Positions 31,401 to 38,873 are shown, counted from the first letter of the stretch. The stretch: 64,000 bases of DNA from Thainema sp. (GCA_052168235.1 JBQLZK010000004.1:1-64000); one strand, 5' to 3'. Made by a program: numbers and translations. The notes: generated by a model from the sequence alone, not told the origin.

Positions 31401-32029
31401 AAACGGTTACAGATATTCCGCTGGATTTAGATACCTTAATCTATAACCTAGCCTGGCAGCCCAACGGTAACCAGATTGCTACGGCAAACCGCGATCGCAC
31501 TGTTCAACTCTGGCAATCCGACACAGGTAAAAAAATTGCAACTCTAACAGGACACACAGAAGCGGTTCGCAGTGTGGCCTATAGTCCCGACGGTGCGCTG
31601 CTGGCTTCGGCCAGTGCTGATAAAACCGTTAAACTCTGGAATCCAGCAAATGGTTCGCTGATTCGCACGATAACGGGACATACCGATGGACTTTGGGGGC
31701 TGGAGTTTTCCCCCATTGCCTCGGATGCCTCGGGGCTACCATCCATTTTGGCCTCAGCCGGAAACGACAAGACGATTAAACTCTGGAATCCGGCAGATGG
31801 TTCGCTGCTGACCACCTTGTCTCGCCATACGGCGATTGTGCAAAGCGTGGTGTTTAGCCCTGACGGACAGACGCTCTATTCGTCTAGTGGCGATAAAACT
31901 ATCATTCAGTGGGATCTTGACCCAATCCTGAATCTCGATCCAGTAGACTATGCCTGCAGTTGGCTAGCAGATTATTTAGCGAATAATCAAAATTTGAGTA
32001 ACCGCGATCGCGCTCTCTGCACCTACTAG
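28493..32029 (+). CDS. AAA_35 NTPase - TM helix - 14 WD40 repeats
   Basis: [61 protein letters not shown]; 14 GH...FSPDG...KLW-type units. Confidence 0.92.
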   Translation: MMESAFCYQVGGSLAPEAASYVQRQADEALFEALLAGQFSYVLDSRQMGKSSLMVRTIHRLAQAGVRCAAVDITSLGSDQTTPSQWYRGMVADLWRSFKLFGRVNYKTWWHEQDDLSPVQKLHYFLRDVLLEQFPADQLCIFIDETDSVLSLGFSLDDFFALIRFCYNQRSIDSTYERLTFAILGVATPSDLIQDKVRTPFNIGQAIELQGLQLNEAYPLLPGLMPDREQAQRVLREVLIWSGGQPFLTQKLCSIIRQVNHDLANNAAFLPIQAESLWVEALVRDRIIHQWEAQDEPEHLRTIRDRILRPDNRIGRRLGIYQHILQHQSVPLDQSSAQTNLLLSGLVKKQAGHLVIKNPIYQAVFNLDWVDEQLEQLRPYSQTFSAWIAAKRQDQSRLLRGQALQEAQLWARDKVLSDADYQFLAASEACDRKEVQQALEAERSVAIAAQLQQQQRHNRLQKKLLGIIGAACLVSAGLGSIAVSESYRAQANEQRAKESEVDALLASAQGWFDAGRRLDSLIQILHADQQLRQLRQPNPELIDQTDAMLRRIIFGINEVNRFSGHTGEIQQVLYSPDGRLIVSASEDATVKLWRPDGRLLATLATHDQRVSAIQFSPNGQMLAASGGSGTIQLWQTTGELLNTIKAHRTPVISLGFSPDGNTLASGSIGGTIQLWRPDGTLLRTLEGHQAMVRAVVFSPDGQMLASASADTTIKLWQPDTGQLITTLNGHTSTVTNLVFSPDGQRIATSSSDNTVRIWSRSGELLKTLVGHTSAVTSVCFSPDGQMLLSTSEDHEVRFWQQDGTPILAFPGITNVGKSIDFSPDGQYLVSSGRGDEQAVLLWKFDSPLYSVWSGHTAAVLALAMSPDGSILASAGSDQTIKLWQNDGTLLSSVKAHNAPIVKLAFSPGGQTLASTSFDRQLKLWKQDGAPAAMNQLQLTAQSGLVFSPDGRTLAVSDVDQSIKLWHWDSQTVTDIPLDLDTLIYNLAWQPNGNQIATANRDRTVQLWQSDTGKKIATLTGHTEAVRSVAYSPDGALLASASADKTVKLWNPANGSLIRTITGHTDGLWGLEFSPIASDASGLPSILASAGNDKTIKLWNPADGSLLTTLSRHTAIVQSVVFSPDGQTLYSSSGDKTIIQWDLDPILNLDPVDYACSWLADYLANNQNLSNRDRALCTY

Positions 32030-32264
32030 TAAAGCTGACGATGACGGGCGTATAGATGGAATGGCGCTACCTCAGCTATCGCCGTCGTTTACAGAAACAG
32101 CAGTCAGTAGGATTGAGAACTTGGATACAACATTGGGTACAACAACTCAGCCGTGTATGAGTCTGATGACTAGAGCGGTTTCACAATTTCTTTCTGGAAG
32201 TACTAGACCATCAGTGCTGTAATAAAAGCGATCGCATGATCAAACGTTTTAGGAGGTAAACAGG

Positions 32265-32741
32265 ATGCAGTCGATGCCAATTGATATTGGAATTAAGGAA
32301 CAGGATCGGCGCGAGATTGCCGAAGGGCTTTCCAAACTGCTCGCCGATACATATACCCTGTATCTCAAAACTCACAACTTCCACTGGAACGTGACTGGGC
32401 CGATGTTCCAGACGTTGCACCTCATGTTTGAGCAGCAGTATAACGAGCTGGCTTTAGCGGTGGATCTGATTGCTGAACGGATCAGGGCTCTGGGCTTTCC
32501 GGCTCCTGGAACGTATCAACAGTTTGCCCAGCTCTCATCCATCGACGAAGAGGAGGGTGTCCCAAACGCAGAGGACATGATCCGCAAGCTGGTGGAAGGT
32601 CAGGAAGCGGTCGTCCGCACGGCCCGTTCAATCTTTCCAGTGGTGGAGCGATCGAGCGATGAACCTACGGCGGATTTGCTCACCCAACGGATGCAAGTTC
32701 ACGAAAAAACAGCCTGGATGCTGAGAAGCTTACTGGGCTAG
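32265..32741 (+). CDS. dps: Dps DNA-protection / mini-ferritin
   Basis: [44 protein letters not shown]. Confidence 0.95.
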   Translation: MQSMPIDIGIKEQDRREIAEGLSKLLADTYTLYLKTHNFHWNVTGPMFQTLHLMFEQQYNELALAVDLIAERIRALGFPAPGTYQQFAQLSSIDEEEGVPNAEDMIRKLVEGQEAVVRTARSIFPVVERSSDEPTADLLTQRMQVHEKTAWMLRSLLG

Positions 32742-32760
32742 TGGCACACGATTACATGAT

Positions 32761-32820
32761 TGCGATCGCACTTTCTATTCCTATCTTCATACTTGAATAT
32801 TGGGAAAGTGCGATCGCACC
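32761..32820 (+). repeat. HIP1-bounded ~58-bp direct repeat, copy 1
   Basis: TGCGATCGCACTTTCTATTCC...TTGAATATTGGGAAAGTGCGATCGCACC. Confidence 0.8.
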
Positions 32821-32838
32821 ATACAAGCTCCACAATCA

Positions 32839-33462
32839 TCATTTACCAGCACTCAAAATTTGTTCAGCCGTTAGCTTCAATCCTGGAAAAGTTGACGAGT
32901 CGATAGTTTGATTGCCTCGCAGCTGCTGAATTTCGTACTCTCCATCGACCAGCGTACAGATAGAAAGAGTGGGCTGTTTGGGTTTACCAATGTATCGAGT
33001 TCCGCCCAATCCTGCGTAGTCTGCAATCCAATATTCGGGGATACCTAAAGCTGCATAGTCTTCAACTTTACGAGCATAGTCGTTTTGCCAGTTGCTGCTA
33101 ACAACTTCGGCGATAAATTTAATCGAACTGCCTAGAGTCAGGATCGATTGGTCAGGCCAGAGCGGTTCTTGGGGCAATTCACCTTGGTCAATAACTGCAA
33201 CATCAGGTCGAAATGCAGTCATACCGATGTTAGAAGGGCGCAACAATCCGCGTTGCAGCACAAACCAAGGTGAACCTGTGCTGTCGATTTGGACGCAAAG
33301 CTTGCGAGTGATGAAGGCGGCCACTTCCTCATGCTGACCCGTTGGTTCCAAGTCAAACACCTCTCCATCAATCAGCTCATAGCGCTTATCCCCACCATAA
33401 CGGTTGAGGAACTGATCAAAGTCGAGCGACTGTTGTATTGGCTGGTTGAACGCAATAGTCAT
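32839..33462 (-). CDS. Uma2 family (PD-(D/E)xK) putative endonuclease
   Basis: YELIDG, RPDVAV, AEVVS, DYARKVEDYAALGIPEYWI. Confidence 0.92.
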   Translation of the reverse strand: MTIAFNQPIQQSLDFDQFLNRYGGDKRYELIDGEVFDLEPTGQHEEVAAFITRKLCVQIDSTGSPWFVLQRGLLRPSNIGMTAFRPDVAVIDQGELPQEPLWPDQSILTLGSSIKFIAEVVSSNWQNDYARKVEDYAALGIPEYWIADYAGLGGTRYIGKPKQPTLSICTLVDGEYEIQQLRGNQTIDSSTFPGLKLTAEQILSAGK

Positions 33463-33516
33463 AGGCCAACTTTGTCCCATCGGTGCCTTCAGTCTACTCT
33501 AGAAAAATTTAGAATT

Positions 33517-33623
33517 TGCGATCGCACTTCTATTCCCACCTTCTATTTGAATCTTGGGAAAGTGCGATCGCACCTTACTACTCCTACCCACCTTCTATTT
33601 GAGCTTTGGAAAAGTGCGATCGG
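33517..33623 (+). repeat. HIP1-bounded repeat, copies 2 and 3 (tandem)
   Basis: TGCGATCGCACTTCTATTCCCACCTTCTATTTGAATCTTGGGAAAGTGCGATCGCACC then CCCACCTTCTATTTGAGCTTTGGAAAAGTGCGATCGG. Confidence 0.8.
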
Positions 33624-33708
33624 ACTAACGGTGAAGTTGTGCGGCGGCAGACAGGCTTGAACTCTCACCGATAACCTTTGTGCCGTCCGCACCAACGAAG
33701 TGTTAGGC
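33623..33708 (-). mobile_element. attC: Integron attC recombination site (86 bp)
   Basis: Minus strand: R'' GCCTAAC (contains the Rieske stop), 5-nt spacer, L'' GTTGGTGC (one extra base vs L'), GGACGGCA/TGCCGCC stem with a second unpaired base, L' GCACAAC, 6-nt spacer, R' GTTAGTC. Confidence 0.85.
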
Positions 33709-34674
33709 TGCTAATGAATGGTTCCAGTTTTTGTAAAGTTCTTCTGCGTAGAACATAATCTCTTCATTTGGCAGATGAAGCTTAGCTTTTTGCCTTGGGT
33801 ATAAACTTTCAAGGCAATCCGCATCTTGTTGAACCACAATCGAAGCTGCATTGAGTAGAGAATCCTGCATGATTGGTTTTAATTCAGGATTGCTAAATTT
33901 TGCATAGAGCAGGATGAAAGTCTTAGTCGTATCCTCTGTCTCTGGATAAAGAATATGTCCTTGATACGTTTTGACATCAGGAGAATTCAAGCAAAAGAAC
34001 TGAGTTGATGGAAAAACATATTCAAGGAAATTTTCCATCACTTCCGGAATTGCTCCTAGCATCGGATTGGCTTCAATCTCTTCTGCTGTGTAGTCATCTT
34101 TCTCAGCTACCTGAGAAACTTTAGCGTAAATACCATCTTTTTCAAGAAATGTAGATCGAGTGGATTTGACCTTGAAAAACTCTCTGTGAGTACCATTTTG
34201 ATGATCGTGATCATAATTGATCATCAGGCTACTCAAGAAGCTATTTTGAATACTTCTCAGAGCAGTCACTCCCAAAAATTCATATTCAGATGCAACTTTC
34301 CTATGTAACTCGGGAATAGGTAGCCGAGGATCAAACCCACCATAAGTCCAAATGAAGTCACCATCAACAATCAACTCTAATGGTTCGGCTAGCGGTACAC
34401 GGCTTAACCCACAATCTCGCAACAAATGCCCTGACCCATCGAATTCCACAGCATGAAACGGGCAGGTGATCGAATTACGCTCCTCACAAATCCATCCATT
34501 GGACAACGGAGCTTGCATATGTGGACAAATATTGTTAAGAGCAAAAACCTCTCCAGCGGCATTCTGCCAAAGGACGTAATCTTGACCATTCAGCGTGATT
34601 TTATATGGTTTGTTGACCTCCAGCATAGACTTATGGGCTATGAGCCAAGGCGCACCGGGAAGAATGGGAAGCAT
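33703..34674 (-). CDS. Rieske [2Fe-2S] non-heme iron oxygenase (VanA-like family)
   Basis: CPHMQAPL...CPFHAVEF Rieske motif; D.DHQNGTH Fe ligands; QDADC; AT-richer than neighbours with no HIP1 site. Confidence 0.88.
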   Translation of the reverse strand: MLPILPGAPWLIAHKSMLEVNKPYKITLNGQDYVLWQNAAGEVFALNNICPHMQAPLSNGWICEERNSITCPFHAVEFDGSGHLLRDCGLSRVPLAEPLELIVDGDFIWTYGGFDPRLPIPELHRKVASEYEFLGVTALRSIQNSFLSSLMINYDHDHQNGTHREFFKVKSTRSTFLEKDGIYAKVSQVAEKDDYTAEEIEANPMLGAIPEVMENFLEYVFPSTQFFCLNSPDVKTYQGHILYPETEDTTKTFILLYAKFSNPELKPIMQDSLLNAASIVVQQDADCLESLYPRQKAKLHLPNEEIMFYAEELYKNWNHSLAA

Positions 34675-34690
34675 AACGTATCGAACCTCT

Positions 34691-34730
34691 AATTAAACAC
34701 TTGTTTAGTTAATTAAACGGATGTTTAATT
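34691..34730. promoter_or_regulatory. Two tandem 20-bp palindromic operators (probable TetR sites)
   Basis: AATTAAACACTTGTTTAGTT followed by AATTAAACGGATGTTTAATT, in the divergent intergenic gap. Confidence 0.65.
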
Positions 34731-34807
34731 AATCTGTCAAGTATCTCTGATGGAAAACCAGGGGGTAGGCTGGATACAGTCGTCTGTTTGCTGGATCAAC
34801 CTAGGTC

Positions 34808-35449
34808 ATGCCCAAATTGTCTAACTCTGCTGCCAAAAAGGAAAAGCAAAGCCGTAATCCGGAAGTCACAAAGGCTAATATTCTGTCGGCTGCGATTGAA
34901 GAATTTGCACAGTACGGTTTGTCTGGCGCACGGACAGAGGCGATCGCATCTCGTAGCGGCGTCACAAAAGCAATGCTTTGTTACTACTTTAAAAACAAGG
35001 AAACCCTTTACCGATCGGTTTTACAGCAGCTTGTTGACGACATTAACAACGCCTTTCAAAACATTGATTGGGAAAAGCTGTCTGCCGATCAGGCGCTAGA
35101 GGCAGTTGTCCGAAACTATATCGGATTTGAGGTCAGCAATCGCTGGCATGGAATGCTATGGTTCCAGGAAGCTATTCAGAACCAAGGTCGCTATGGTGCA
35201 GAGACAGGATGGCAAGCGGGTTTTCAAACGATTGTAGAAATCTTGGAACGAGGAATCGCTGAGAAAAAATTCCGCCAGGTTGATCCGTTTCTAACAGCAA
35301 TTAATATTTTGGGTATCTGCTCGTTTTACTTCGATGCCCATGAAAACCTGAAATACCTTGACTCTAATAAAGACCTTCTAAGTTCTGACATGGTCAAGCA
35401 GCAAACAGAAACGGCTGTCGAGTTTATTCTTGCAGGTATAGCGGCTTAA
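34808..35449 (+). CDS. TetR/AcrR family transcriptional regulator
   Basis: ILSAAIEEFAQYGLSGARTEAIASRSGVTKAMLCYYFKNKETLY HTH. Confidence 0.93.
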   Translation: MPKLSNSAAKKEKQSRNPEVTKANILSAAIEEFAQYGLSGARTEAIASRSGVTKAMLCYYFKNKETLYRSVLQQLVDDINNAFQNIDWEKLSADQALEAVVRNYIGFEVSNRWHGMLWFQEAIQNQGRYGAETGWQAGFQTIVEILERGIAEKKFRQVDPFLTAINILGICSFYFDAHENLKYLDSNKDLLSSDMVKQQTETAVEFILAGIAA

Positions 35450-35611
35450 ACGCATACCTGCTTAAGCCGCCTAACTATTAATTAGACGGAAATAGTCTAC
35501 TTAAACCGCCAAATTGGGTGTTTAGGTAGAAATCTGTCAGCCTAAACATACCAATTGCGGTGTTTAGGTGGAAACGTTCAGTATAACCACCCTACGATTT
35601 GGAATTGTGGC

Positions 35612-35667
35612 ACGGATACAAGGATGACCACCAAACTGTTTTGGATTGTATAGGTCCTTTCGAGTAG
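35612..35667 (-). pseudogene. DUF433 (antitoxin-like) N-terminal remnant
   Basis: LLER, 8-nt gap (frameshift), then NPKQFGGHPCIR; matches the DUF433 NP...GG.PCIR signature from recall. Confidence 0.55.
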
Positions 35668-35692
35668 TTTTAACTTTTTATAAAGCATCAAA

Positions 35693-35731
35693 CATCACTT
35701 ACCAGCACTCAAAACTTGTTCAGCCGTTAGC
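35693..35731 (+). repeat. 39-bp duplicate of the Uma2 gene 3' end (32837-32875)
   Basis: 37/39 identical, direct orientation. Confidence 0.9.
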
Positions 35732-35804
35732 CGGACAGATTTATGACCGATTAGTGGCGCATTTTGGACATGATGCCATTTTTAAGGATGTGGATGACAT
35801 TCTA
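35730..35804 (+). pseudogene. TIR (TIR_2) domain fragment
   Basis: Translates AGQIYDRLVAHFGHDAIFKDVDDIL, resembling the bacterial TIR GRIYDRL..FG...F.DVD.I segment. Confidence 0.6.
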
Positions 35805-35826
35805 AATTGCACATCACGTCAGTAAG

Positions 35827-36408
35827 CTATCCTTGCAAAATCTGCTCAGCAATCAACTGCAAGGCTGAAAACATGGGTGGCTCGATCACCTCTGTGCCTG
35901 AATACTCTGCTGCCTCATACCACCCTTCCAACAGCATACACACCGTTACCCTCTCCTTCAGCGGGTCAACGATCCAATACTCTGGAATATCCAGCACGCT
36001 ATACTCTGCCCGCTTGGCCCGATAGTCCGTACTCTTCGTAGACTCGCTCACCACCTCCACCACCAGTAACGGTGGCGGCTCGTTCAGACGAATGACCGCT
36101 TCCCGGTTTTGCAATGTCTCCCATTGCGCCAACGTTAGCACCGTCACATCCGGAATCCGCACTGTATCCCAGGCTTCACCCCGAGGCGATTGCAGCCCAA
36201 CTGTTCCCGCCAGCGCAATCCACGGCTGCCGCAGACGCTCAATCTCATCATCCAAAATACGCTCCAAACGCTTGATGATGGCTCCGTGACGACCAGTCCC
36301 TAAACTCATCGGCAGCAGATCCCCATTCAGCAACTCATAGCGAACATCACTGCCATCGTCATAGGCCAGATATTCCTCTAGAGTTAAGCGCTGAGTGGCG
36401 ATCGACAT
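35827..36408 (-). CDS. Uma2 family putative endonuclease
   Basis: YELLNG, RIPDVTV, VEVVSES..TDYRAKRAEYSVLDIPEYWIVDP. Confidence 0.92.
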   Translation of the reverse strand: MSIATQRLTLEEYLAYDDGSDVRYELLNGDLLPMSLGTGRHGAIIKRLERILDDEIERLRQPWIALAGTVGLQSPRGEAWDTVRIPDVTVLTLAQWETLQNREAVIRLNEPPPLLVVEVVSESTKSTDYRAKRAEYSVLDIPEYWIVDPLKERVTVCMLLEGWYEAAEYSGTEVIEPPMFSALQLIAEQILQG

Positions 36409-36478
36409 AGCTAGGTCGTTGCAACAGTAAGGTCTTACCCAAATCGCAAAATGTAGTGGATAACGCCTGCTTAACGGG

Positions 36479-37024
36479 TTAAGCGGCGGAATCGTGGTGA
36501 TTAGGGGGTTGGTCGATGAGCAGCGCGTCTAGATCCGGTGGGGGAATGATTAGCGTGACGGCGGGTTGTTCGGTCGCGGGTTGATGATTTTCCTGAGAGG
36601 GTTCGACCACGACATCAAGAACCGTCGTTGATGAATCGGGTTGTTCTGTCATTGCTGCCGCCGCGTCTGAATCTGTCGGTTTTGCAGGTGCGGGTTCAGC
36701 CGATGCCGTTTCAACCGCCTCTACCGGACTCACAGGGCACTCTTCCACAGGCACGGCCTCAGTGGAACTCTCTTCTGCGACACTCACATCATCAGCCGCT
36801 TCAGCAGATTCAGCATCCTCATCGATCCAGGGCGAATCGAAATGGTGCCAAGGCAAAATTGGACTATTAGGTAACTCACTGGATAAAACCGTGATGTTCT
36901 CCTTATCGGGTTCAGGAATACAAAGACCATCCTGAGCCGAACATCCATTTTGGGACATTTCAGTAATCGGAGGATTCATAACGGAGACCAACGCGACAGG
37001 CGATGTGCAGGATTTGCCAACCAT
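36479..37024 (-). CDS. Acidic low-complexity hypothetical protein
   Basis: ORF abuts the upstream gene stop; SPILPWHHFDSPW motif followed by an Asp/Glu/Pro-rich tail. Confidence 0.55.
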   Translation of the reverse strand: MVGKSCTSPVALVSVMNPPITEMSQNGCSAQDGLCIPEPDKENITVLSSELPNSPILPWHHFDSPWIDEDAESAEAADDVSVAEESSTEAVPVEECPVSPVEAVETASAEPAPAKPTDSDAAAAMTEQPDSSTTVLDVVVEPSQENHQPATEQPAVTLIIPPPDLDALLIDQPPNHHDSAA

Positions 37025-37666
37025 TTAGACGAAATAGGTCGCCAAAATGTGCGTTAACAGAATACCTGCGATCGCAAGGGTATTGTAGGCAGCATACTTG
37101 AGTGTTTGAGAGACATCATCCACTCGCTGCTTGTTCGCATTATATATCTCAGTCAAATTGGCTAGCATCTGTAATTGATACTGATCCGGCGTCAGCACCA
37201 GATAGCGCTCCAAAAATTTGCGGTCTTCTAGGTTGGGACTCACCGCCACTTGACGAGGTAAATAAGCCCGCACCAACAGGACGAAACTCACCGCAAATCC
37301 AGTAATTTCGGCCAAGCTGAAGATACTCGGATGAAAGATCAGCTGCGAGATGGTCAAACTGGTCAGCAACGCACCATTGGTCACAAACAGAATGTTAAGT
37401 TTTGTCGTCAAAACCTGACTTTGCTCCCGCTGCTCCTCCAGCACCCGCCGCACATCCTGCGCCGCATAGTCGAGCGTCAGCGCAATCAGGGCTGGTTGGG
37501 CTGGCGGAGTCGGCTGAGGCGACAGTTCAGCTTGAGCCGTTGGAGGCGATGGCTCAGATGGTGCTTGAGGAGAAGATTTTGTCGATTGAGCCGATTGATT
37601 CGGTTGAGTGGAATAGGCAGATGAATCGAATTGAGCAGCTTGGGTCGAAAGTTCAGAGTCAGTCAC
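37025..37666 (-). CDS. Three-TM membrane protein
   Basis: TKLNILFVTNGALL, second TM ending AYLPR, C-terminal TM. Confidence 0.7.
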   Translation of the reverse strand: MTDSELSTQAAQFDSSAYSTQPNQSAQSTKSSPQAPSEPSPPTAQAELSPQPTPPAQPALIALTLDYAAQDVRRVLEEQREQSQVLTTKLNILFVTNGALLTSLTISQLIFHPSIFSLAEITGFAVSFVLLVRAYLPRQVAVSPNLEDRKFLERYLVLTPDQYQLQMLANLTEIYNANKQRVDDVSQTLKYAAYNTLAIAGILLTHILATYFV

Positions 37667-37726
37667 GTTTGCGATCGCAGATGGCAGGTGGCATTCAGGC
37701 AGCAGATTACAGTTTCTAAAACCATA

Positions 37727-38110
37727 CTAATCAGTTACATCGGCTTCTGCATGGGTTTCTTGCTGCGAATGCAACACAACTCCACGTTCCGACACAGACC
37801 ATTCCGGTCGCCACTGATACTCACTCAGTTTAATTTTATTTTTCTGGTTGAATTTGACCCCTTCTTGCTCCAATAACTCCTGCTGAAGATAGTCCGAACC
37901 TTCCCGAAACGGCGAGTGCGATACTTCTCCCTTCGCATTAATCACCCGATGCCAGGGAACCTCATCTTTTTCCACAACGCGATACAGCGCATAGCCCACC
38001 AGCCGCGCCTGCCCCGGCATGTTCGCCAACTCAGCAATTTGCCCATAGGTTGCCACCTGGCCCACCGGAATTTGCCGCACAATTTTGTAAATCTGCTCGT
38101 AAGCTGTCAT
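37727..38110 (-). CDS. Alkyltransferase-like (ATL/MGMT family) protein
   Basis: IPVGQVATYGQIA, ARLVG, PWHRVINA (Trp in place of the catalytic Cys). Confidence 0.9.
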   Translation of the reverse strand: MTAYEQIYKIVRQIPVGQVATYGQIAELANMPGQARLVGYALYRVVEKDEVPWHRVINAKGEVSHSPFREGSDYLQQELLEQEGVKFNQKNKIKLSEYQWRPEWSVSERGVVLHSQQETHAEADVTD

Positions 38111-38805
38111 GAGGCAGAGGGTTCAGCGGGCAGGTGAGTTGCGATCGCACTTCTACATTCCTCAACAGGCAACCGTTCCTGCATGGCCGTGACCAGCGCA
38201 TCATAGGCATCGCGATGTTTTTCCAGTAACGTTTTCGCTTGCAAAGCCGACCAGCGCTGACGAGCCTCGCATTCACTGAGCGGTCGCTGAAGCTGCGTCC
38301 AGAGGATGCGGAAGTTTTGCCGATCATCCTTGCCGCCCTGGGCGTTGTTGTAAACCAGCATTTCTGCGGCGATGCCCGCCATCCAGACCATGCTGTAACG
38401 GTTCAGCAACTGGGCGGAGAGTTGGCCCTGTTCAATTTCCTGCTCTAGCTCACCCGTGCTGAAAATGACGCCGCCTTGTCCCGGTAAGCCACGCCGAAAG
38501 GCTTCCCAGGCGCTGAGGCTGTAGTCCGTAACGGGAATCTCTAGCAGATGCGCCACCAGAAAATGTCCCGCCTCGTGATGCAGCACCCGTTCCCGTTCCT
38601 CCGCTGAACCCATTTTTAGCCAGTCCAGCAGCAGCGTGCCGCCGCGTCCCTGGAAGCTAAAGCTGTCTACCGTTGCCACGCCTAAAATACTAACCGTTGC
38701 GATCGCAGGTATGACAGGCGAAATATGCAGCATTGGCCCTAGCAGACTCGACATCGTCAGGCCAAAGATGGTGATGGCAATCAGGTTAATGCTGGTCTGA
38801 TTCAT
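38107..38805 (-). CDS. M41-like zinc protease domain membrane protein
   Basis: HHEAGHFLVA zincin motif, MAGIAAE, GG.DD; N-terminal TMs; no AAA domain. Confidence 0.85.
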   Translation of the reverse strand: MNQTSINLIAITIFGLTMSSLLGPMLHISPVIPAIATVSILGVATVDSFSFQGRGGTLLLDWLKMGSAEERERVLHHEAGHFLVAHLLEIPVTDYSLSAWEAFRRGLPGQGGVIFSTGELEQEIEQGQLSAQLLNRYSMVWMAGIAAEMLVYNNAQGGKDDRQNFRILWTQLQRPLSECEARQRWSALQAKTLLEKHRDAYDALVTAMQERLPVEECRSAIATHLPAEPSAS

Positions 38806-38873
38806 GGCAGGTCGGGATCACGCGAACAGTTCTATTTACCGTAACAAACGATCCCCATTCTTGCTGCACTGTT

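Larger units (their letters stand above)
33629..35474 (-). mobile_element. Integron-type gene cassette (Rieske oxygenase plus divergent TetR)
   Basis: Starts at G|TTAGGCGGC (35475-35466) and ends in attC; the start core is complementary to R'' GCAGCCTAAC at 9/10 positions, as expected from a circular cassette. Confidence 0.75.

Noticed and set aside
30170..31920. Recurrent DNA motifs such as AGTCCTGATGG
   Set aside because: Explained by WD40 protein repeats (FSPDG).
32761..33623. HIP1-bounded units as a mini-CRISPR
   Set aside because: The sequences between HIP1 sites are homologous to each other, not unique spacers, and there are no cas genes.
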